Below are positions 56,944 to 64,000 of a stretch of DNA of 64,000 bases, one piece after another. Under the pieces are notes generated by a model. The model ran no database searches, was not told the origin of the DNA, and saw only the letters and a program-made list of their open reading frames with translations. The translations under genes were made by a program, and so were the position numbers. Source of the DNA: Cyanidioschyzon merolae. Taxonomy: Eukaryota. The stretch lies in assembly GCA_000091205.1 (NCBI GenBank), contig AP006483.2. One strand, written 5' to 3'. Numbering within the stretch: the stretch's first letter is position 1; the number at the start of each line of letters is the position of its first letter.

Positions 56944-58416
56944 CTCATTCTACAGTCATCTTTCCCGCCGCCTTCGACCTAGGGCCTCCCGCTTTCGGTT
57001 CTTCTTCTTTTCCTGTTCTTCTGGACTCGGCTCTGTTTTTTGTTTTTATTTCTGGCAGCAGGCGACACTGGGCCTCCGGGATCGTCGACTTGCTTTTTCA
57101 TAGCTTTTCTTTTCATTTTTTTGTGTGAAAAAGAACGCTCTTTGAACCCTTCTATTATATACTGCGAGAAATCAATTGAATATGTTTACTTGAGGGTTGA
57201 GACACAATCGAACTGGAAACTATGATTTGTTACGACTTCCACGCAAATACAGCTTGCCCGTTAGAACATCAAGAAAACGTGTCGTCACGGTCGCGTTTCT
57301 CTTCGAAGGCGACAGATGCGTCGTGTCTCGCAAGTGCCATACTTGGAGATGCACGTATCGAGCGCGCCATACAGGAAAAAGGACAGTGACCTACGATTTA
57401 CAAGAAACGATATAAAATTTTTTCCCGCTCTACGATAAGCGTTTAAGGGGAAATAGATCGCCGTTCTATCGGAAGCTTATGTTCGAGGCGGAAGGTCCCG
57501 CGAGCCGGTCGAGTCTACCGGGCTAGAGCTCGGTATCCCTCTTAAGTGGCTGCTGCCGCTGCTGCTGCAAGACCTGCGTAGCTCGTTCGCAACGCATTTT
57601 ATCCTGAGACTATGCACAGGATGCTGCGTTGGGCCTCGCCCTGGTCGCAGTGGAACCCTAGTACAGCACTTCGCGCTGACGCAGGTAGTACGTCTTTCTG
57701 CGCACTTTGCATGTTCCCAGAATGACAAATAGCCCTGATTCCGTTTCAAGTGAATCATTCCTCGAGCGGACGCCCTTAGTGGTATGGCAAAGCCGTTCTG
57801 TCTCTGTACAGCACCTGCTTGAGCGGTATAAGCGCTACAGCGGGTGCTCACAACAGGCTCGGCGCTCGATAGAACATACGAAACGACCAGTATATCAGAG
57901 AGGTAGTATGGATAATGGGACTTGAGGACAGGTGCACTATGATCGAGATATCCCCGGAAGCCATCGTGCGTTCCGAATTCTGGGATGCATGGGCAATGCA
58001 AACGTTCTTTCATCGAAAAGAAAAAAACGCTCCGGAGGCGGACTCGTCATCGAGACGCGCATCGCTCTGGATCGAATCTCCGGAAGGCGCTTCTGGGCGA
58101 TCGCGAAAGCGCTCAAGCGCATCTTTGTGTCCTCAACGGATAGCATGATTTATTCGGGGCGCTCAGTCTCGAGCGTTCCCTCTGACTTAAAGCAATAGCT
58201 TCGTGGATCCTACAGCTGTGTTGTCAAAGAGCACTGTACCTAGTTTTGGCGAGGCCTATAGTGCTGGAGAACAAAACGATCACGGGTTTGTAGCGATCTC
58301 GGCACCAGTGCTGGAAACAACCCTGCACTGGAGCTCGGGCGATCTGAAACCTGTAGTCGGACTTTTTCGAGGATCTGTCTCGCAAGGAAACAAATCGTGG
58401 AACTGTGCTCTTTGGA

Positions 58417-59481
58417 ATGACGTCGGGGATCGACGAGGCAGCGGCTGAGCTTCAGGGAAGTCTCTTTGGGGAGGTCTCGCCTGCGATCGACTCGCCGGGT
58501 GCGGCGCTTGCACGTTCGTACCCGGTCCGCATCACCGTGGTTGGAGCTGGTGACGTTGGCGTTGCTTGCGCCTATAATATTTTGACCCGAGATATTTGTA
58601 GTGAGCTGGTACTGGTGGACGTTCTCAAGGACAAACTCAAGGGTCAAGTTATGGACTTGCAGCATGGAGGTGCGTTCTACAGCACCCGCATCCGGGCTGC
58701 CGAGTCCTACGAGGATACAGCACATTCGGCAGTATGTATTATAACGGCAGGTGTGCGTCAGCGGCCCGGAGAAAGTCGTCTTGAGCTCATGGATCGCAAT
58801 GCCGCATTGTTCAAAGGCATTATTCCGCCCCTGGTGCAGTATTCGCCGAACACAATCCTGTTGGTTGTGAGTAACCCCGTTGATCTATTGACACATCTAG
58901 CGTGGCAGATGAGTGGCTTGCCCCGCGAACGTGTGATTGGCTCAGGGACATATTTGGACTCTTCGCGTTTCCGCACACTTCTGGCGCAGCGGCTGGGCAT
59001 CGATACCGCTTCTGTCCAGGCCATGGTACTGGGCGAGCACGGAGACTCCTCGTTCGTGTACCGGAGTGGTATTACGGTTGGTGGCGTGCCGTTGCGAACA
59101 TGCTTCGAGCGCATGACCGACGCTGCGAGCGCGTCCACAGCATTCTATGATCTGGTGAAAGGTGTCCATCAGCAAGTTGTAGCCGCGGCTTACGAGGTCA
59201 TTAAGCTGAAAGGCTACACCAACTGGGCCATTGGCAGCGCTGTTGGAAGCATCGTTACAACGATTGTGCATGATCGGCGCAAAGTGCTGCCAATAACGAC
59301 GCATGCGGGCTCGTTGCGAGGCCTCGAGTCGGCGGATGTATTCTTGTCGTTGCCTTGTGTGCTAGGTCGGAATGGTGTCGTTGAAGTACTACAAATACTG
59401 CCGTTCATGGAAAGTGACGAGAAAGAAGACCTCCAATCCAGTATAGAGGCACTCCAGAGCACGCCGAAGAAAGCATCTTGA
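58417..59481 (+). CDS. LDH: L-lactate dehydrogenase
   Basis: 354 aa from ATG 58417; the track start is a GTG. RITVVGAGDVGVACAYNIL...LVDV..DKLKGQVMDLQHGGAF...ITAGVRQRPGESRLEL...VVSNPVDLLT...RVIGSGTYLDSSRFR...LGEHGDSS match the LDH nucleotide-binding, substrate and catalytic-His motifs. Confidence 0.85.
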   Translation: MTSGIDEAAAELQGSLFGEVSPAIDSPGAALARSYPVRITVVGAGDVGVACAYNILTRDICSELVLVDVLKDKLKGQVMDLQHGGAFYSTRIRAAESYEDTAHSAVCIITAGVRQRPGESRLELMDRNAALFKGIIPPLVQYSPNTILLVVSNPVDLLTHLAWQMSGLPRERVIGSGTYLDSSRFRTLLAQRLGIDTASVQAMVLGEHGDSSFVYRSGITVGGVPLRTCFERMTDAASASTAFYDLVKGVHQQVVAAAYEVIKLKGYTNWAIGSAVGSIVTTIVHDRRKVLPITTHAGSLRGLESADVFLSLPCVLGRNGVVEVLQILPFMESDEKEDLQSSIEALQSTPKKAS

Positions 59482-60589
59482 GCATGTTGCCTGCGCATCG
59501 TAACGCGTTGGATGCGGATCGTTTACAGGGACGTTAATCAAATGCCTCGTCGAAGTGCGGGCTCTGCACAAGCGTGCTCGGTCTGTACTCAAAATAAGCG
59601 GATGGACAAGGAGGACTGAGATATGCTGGATACCTATGCCAAACTGGTAGGTCTTGGCACCGTACAAAAGGTGTGGAGGGGAGCGTCCGTAACCATCTCG
59701 GCGAGCTTGTTCCAAATGGACAGCATTGCTGAAGGACAAGGTGGCACCAGAATTGCAGCTGCAGAGTAGCGTTCGCCTACTATCATCATTGTAACCTGCT
59801 AGTCGTGTCATGGATACCGGACGTGCTGGAGTTCGCATCCGCAACAGCGAACAAGGATCAAATCAACTGACTCAAAATTCTCCAAAGCGATGCGTGGATG
59901 AAAGCTGGTGAAAGTTGCGGGTCTGGTACGGCATAACGTACGCTTACCCGGATGCCGATATGCATCGCGCCTGGCCCGAGATACCCTGGTTCAGGTCAAC
60001 CATTCTAAACCGCAGGATAAAAGTATGCCATGATTTAACGTTCACTGATGTTGGCTGGACGGCATCGCAACGCTCCACGAACCTGGGCGCGGCGCCGAAG
60101 GCTTAGTTTCCGAGTATGACCGTGACAGACTTTGCTCTATGCGTACGGATCTGGAAAACACGAGCCGGAAGTGTGCATCAGCACGCATGGGCGACGAATA
60201 AAACCCTTAAAGCGACGTACGAACAGTGACCTAACGATGCAAGTGGAACGAACCGAATACCCTGAGGAAGGTATGATGGCACAGCTTCTGCCTTGAGAGC
60301 AGCTGCACAAGCGCTTCAGTGCGGTAAAGCCGAAATCGTGCCGAAACGTCCGAGTCGCGTCAGCGCTTCTAGTGAACAGGAATGTGCCTCCAGCTTCTCT
60401 GACGTTCCTCTCGCGTCCCAGCAATTCTGGTACAAAGTTTCGCTCTATGCAGCACAGGCGCTGATGCAGCGCTCCTTCGGAAGCCCTGCCTTCCGCAAAC
60501 TTACACCGAGACGTTCCGTACGCAGCTATCGTGGTTATGCTTCAAAACCGGAACGGTATTGCAGTGTCTTGGAAGCGTCGGCTAGAGCT

Positions 60590-63060
60590 TCTGAGGCCGA
60601 AACGTCTCGGACGACCTCCGCACCCGACGACGACAACAAACACCTTTCAAAACAAAAACGTTGCTGCTGGCAGTGTACAGTACTGGCGAGAAACTCGCCC
60701 TAGACCAAAAGTCTCCAGCTGACGTGCAGACGCCTCCCCGTCTTTTTCGACCGGCCACCTACTGCGGGTACCCTTGTTTCTCATACAGTTCCAGTTTAAG
60801 AGGTTGTCCAACAATGTTCTTTCGTGTCGACGCTGGGAGTCTTTTGTCTATTCCCGCACATCTCCGTAGATTGATTCCAGCGTTAAAGACTCGGTTCGCG
60901 AACTCCATACGTTTCTTGCCGATGGTAGTCGTAATTAGTAATGCAAATAGTCCACGAGCTTCTCCCCTCCTTTCCATTTCCTCTCCCGTCAGCTGTCCCT
61001 TACTTTTTTATATCATGAGGACTCCGCTGGCACTTTTCCATCTCCACCCTCTGAAGAGTACATCCCAACTCATGGTGTGTATACGATGTTCGGAACTCAC
61101 CTACAGGTATCGTAGAGAAACACAGTGCGCATTCTTTGTACATTCCTGCCGTTGGAGCTGGTGGAGTCCCTTTTTTTCGGAGCCCAGCTCTCTACTCCAT
61201 ATATAACAACGAGCCTCTGACTTGATCCTCTTTCAAGGCGTTCAACCCATTGAAAAAGTTCGCGAATGCGTGATGCTTACCACAGCACGGATTCATACGC
61301 AAACGACCCCAGCGGGGCTTTGTATACTTGCCCTACAGCGCCACGGAATGAGCAACACGAACTTCCATGAAATTCAGAAAAGCTTGAATGTCCGCTCATC
61401 GGCTCGTCACCATGCTCAAAGCCTCCAGGTGATCCTTCATTGCTACATTCCACGTAACGATCTTCTTCCTTGCATTCATTACACCGGATTCTCGATAGTA
61501 TCTCTCTCTCGAAAACCTCAAAAGACGCATATATTTCTGATGCAAGGTGCCTTCGGTGCAATCTTCCCCGAGCTTGTGAACAGCGATGGTTCTGATATTC
61601 GTGCTCCAGGGACTAAGGCCGACGCCAAAGTGGTTTTCATGGGGCTTATACGTTCCATAGCCCGTAAACCTGTGTTCGTTCTTCGGCAACGCCCGTAACG
61701 AAGACGGGATAGGACGAGCTGCCTTCAACCGCTGATGGTGTACACATATGTGCGCCACATCGAGATCGATTGTTCCAGTGAATAACCTTTTTTTGGCCGG
61801 TTCGGGACGCTTGAAATCGAAGATATTCTTCTCGTAGGCGTCCCGATCTTCACCGGAGACCTATTTGTTGATTACATCGAGCTCTGGACAAATCTCTATC
61901 GTGAAGTCGTGAAGTACTACGGAGTGGTTACTCACAAAATGTGACTTGAACGCGCATAACCGACCGACATTGAAGCGCATCTGGAGAAGACTTCAATGTC
62001 GTTTCTCCCACTCGTCATTTTTTCCTCACTCAGCCCCATGTCGGCTCTGCGGTCGAGGTCTCGGACAGAAAACATGAACCAGGGCAGGATGAGAGAGTAA
62101 CAACTCTCTCCGTCGTTTCTCATATCCGAGAGTTTTCTCTTGGGTTGACATGACCCAAGACCGAACGATGTTTTAGAATAGTGGCGCGAATTACAGGAGC
62201 ATCATTCATTATCCTGCGTGATGTCCTCTTGTCGACGAGTCTGATCTCCTGTTCATGCTGGCGATCGTTCTTCATACCATCGATGATTGCAAGCATCGCT
62301 TCGCGAAATATGCCCGGGTACAGCACAAAGGCGACGCGTATCATGAAACAATCGAGGTTTGCCATTCTATGGTTCCTCATATTCGTGAGGCACCTCTTTG
62401 CCCTGTATTCGTAAATGTCTGCGTCACCCTTGTGTGCAGTACCACTGAGGCGGTATTTGGCCTTATTTTTAAGGAAGGCATGCACTCGCTCACTTATCCC
62501 CGATGTTTTCCCATTAAAAACAATCAGGTAGTTGATGAAAGTCTTTTGGAAAATTTCTTCCGGAAACATCACTTTTGCGATGTGCGTTACGTCCCGATGC
62601 AGGTCGCTGTCCAAATGCCAACGTCCTAAAGAAAAGCTCCAAACATACCCGGCCTACGATCCGCCACGGTTTCTGATAGCGTCTCGCAACAATCAGTCGT
62701 ACGGATCATTGATATGTTGGAGAAGATAAGATTCCACCACCATCTTGTCGTACAGAAGTCACAATTTCGGCCTTCGATGTAAGGCCCCCCATGTTGCTTC
62801 TTCTTCTTTTCCTGACCCTCTTCGCTAGGCAATATGTCTCATTTCATTCTGACATCCGGCAGCACCGGCCACCCCAAACCCACTACATCATACTACATAA
62901 GTGTCAGATTTTTTGGGAGAACATCTCATTGGACGCTTCTGCTTTGAACGGCGAGAATCTGGTGAATAGAGTTACTTTAAGATTGGAACGCCACTGAAGC
63001 CAAAACTATACTTTGCTACGATTCGATCGCAAATACAAGTGGCCCCGATAGAGCAGTCGC
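60590..63060 (-). mobile_element. Fanzor/TnpB-like element, copy C (most degraded; 1-3.4 kb from telomere)
   Basis: ORF fragments 62120-62614, 61932-62123, 61396-61758 and 60759-60977 are homologous in order to copy B (...ESCYSLILPWFMFSVRDLDRRADMGLSEEKM..., ...STNIRTIAVHKLGEDCTEGTLHQKYMRLLRFSRERYYRESGVMNARKKIVTWN..., ...MEFANRVFNAGINL...NIVGQPLKLELYEKQ). The conserved 5' block lies at 62990-63050 and the conserved 3' block at 60600-60758. Confidence 0.6.
60759..62614 (-). pseudogene. TnpB/Fanzor-like nuclease remnant (RuvC-I Asp lost: STNIRTIA; RuvC-III reads NRVFNAGINL, Asp lost)
   Basis: See the element feature above. There are multiple frame breaks and gaps between fragments, and the catalytic Asp residues of motifs I and III are substituted. 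Confidence 0.55.
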
Positions 63061-63975
63061 TCCAGTAGAGGTCATTACCGCGTTTTTCTTGATCGGAGAG
63101 GCGCACGTTGGGTGACGTGACGGCCAGATTTCGCGATGCGTTACCAGGACGCACGACAGAGAAAATGCAAAAAAATTAACCAATATGCACAAACAGGATA
63201 GCAAGTACTATTGCAACCTAGTATAAACGTAAAGAAGATGATTTCGCGTATGGTCAAAGTGTTACATTTAATCGGGAGGTCTGCGTGCCGCGAGACTACC
63301 GGCCTGCCCTCCGTGTGACTTTCAGTGGAGAGTGATATGAGACACTTGGGCAACTCATCCAAAACGCAATTAATTTCGGGACTAGGAGCAGGCATGCTGC
63401 GTCTGAGCACTAACACCGTCGCGGTGAACAGATAGTACGCCGTTTTACGCTACCGCATGCAAATCGTCTGCAAGATCCGCTTGGAGGCTCCAAAGAAAAT
63501 AAATCTCCCTGATCCCATGTAGCATGAACCAAGCCCCTTCCAACGCGCCCAGTGGTATGTCAGAGCTGCCCTGCTTCCGGAGTGCACCCACAGCGGCGAT
63601 AGAGAGGCTACAACGGGTGCTCAAGGTAGGTAAACGGCGCACGATAGAAAGTCAGATACAATCAGTACAGCCGAGATTAGGTAAATGCGACAAAAAGTAC
63701 CGAAATTGTTCAGCGTGACGAAGGATTTTCCGAAACAAGTATCAATCCGGCAATCTCGGCGTCTGGTCAGTAGAACAGGCTCTGTCGAAACAAACCAAAG
63801 CAAAGCGCTGGAAGGAGATCCATAAGGGCACTGGTGTGCTGGATGTAGATAAGAAAGATGCGTATTTGCTCAGATCGTACCGCCGGAAAAATACCCGAAC
63901 GAACCTGGATTGGTAGACATCGCTCTGACAGATGCTTTTTCTCTGAGAACACCGCAGTAATGGGGCATTGCGTCG

Positions 63976-64000
63976 AATGGGGGGAATGGGGGGAATGGGG
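63976..64000 (+). repeat. Telomere repeat (AATGGGGGG)n, G-rich strand running 5'->3' toward the window end; truncated by the window edge
   Basis: aatggggggaatggggggaatgggg. AATGGGGGG is the telomere repeat reported for Cyanidioschyzon merolae. Confidence 0.8.

Larger units (their letters stand above)
54520..57370 (-). mobile_element. Fanzor/TnpB-like element, copy B (best preserved; 7-9 kb from telomere)
   Basis: The full-length homolog of copies A and C. Shared 5'-flank block at 57190-57260 (...gaactggaaactatgatttgttacgacttccacgcaaatacag...). The conserved block just 3' of the stop at 54560-54760 (...gtctccaactgatgtgcagacgccccccgcctttctcgacgagccaccc...) is 80-90% similar to copy C at 60600-60758. 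Boundaries are approximate. Confidence 0.65.

Overview
High-GC, intron-poor, gene-dense eukaryotic nuclear DNA whose 3' end runs into (AATGGGGGG)n telomere repeats at 63976-64000. Together with compact intronless genes at about one gene per 3.5 kb and a nuclear light-dependent protochlorophyllide reductase gene, this points to the right-arm subtelomere of a Cyanidioschyzon merolae-like cyanidialean red alga. The organism assignment is my inference from the sequence. I recognise about 17 protein-coding genes: DNAJC2/zuotin, WDR44, CKS1, a Tim17/22/23-family protein, a RING-H2 protein, SAC3/GANP, ATP23, a syntaxin-6-like SNARE, PEMT, an SDR, an importin-11-like karyopherin, CDC20/CDH1, DIS3/RRP44, LPOR, a secreted kelch/trefoil-like protein and LDH. 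The most notable signal is three diverged copies, all on the minus strand, of a TnpB/Fanzor-like element with RuvC-I/II/III motifs and a Cys cluster (6.1-8.6 kb, 54.5-57.4 kb, 60.6-63.1 kb). Each carries stops or frameshifts, and each is followed by a conserved non-coding block that is a candidate omega-RNA or element terminus. Two copies flank the LDH gene within 10 kb of the telomere. Other anomalies are an LPOR gene with two homopolymer frameshifts, a RING-H2 gene with an in-frame TGA at its first zinc-ligand Cys, an 18-bp gap between the WDR44 stop and the DNAJC2 start, and several tandem repeats. The supplied ORF track treats TTG/GTG as starts, so I re-anchored gene starts to the first plausible ATG.
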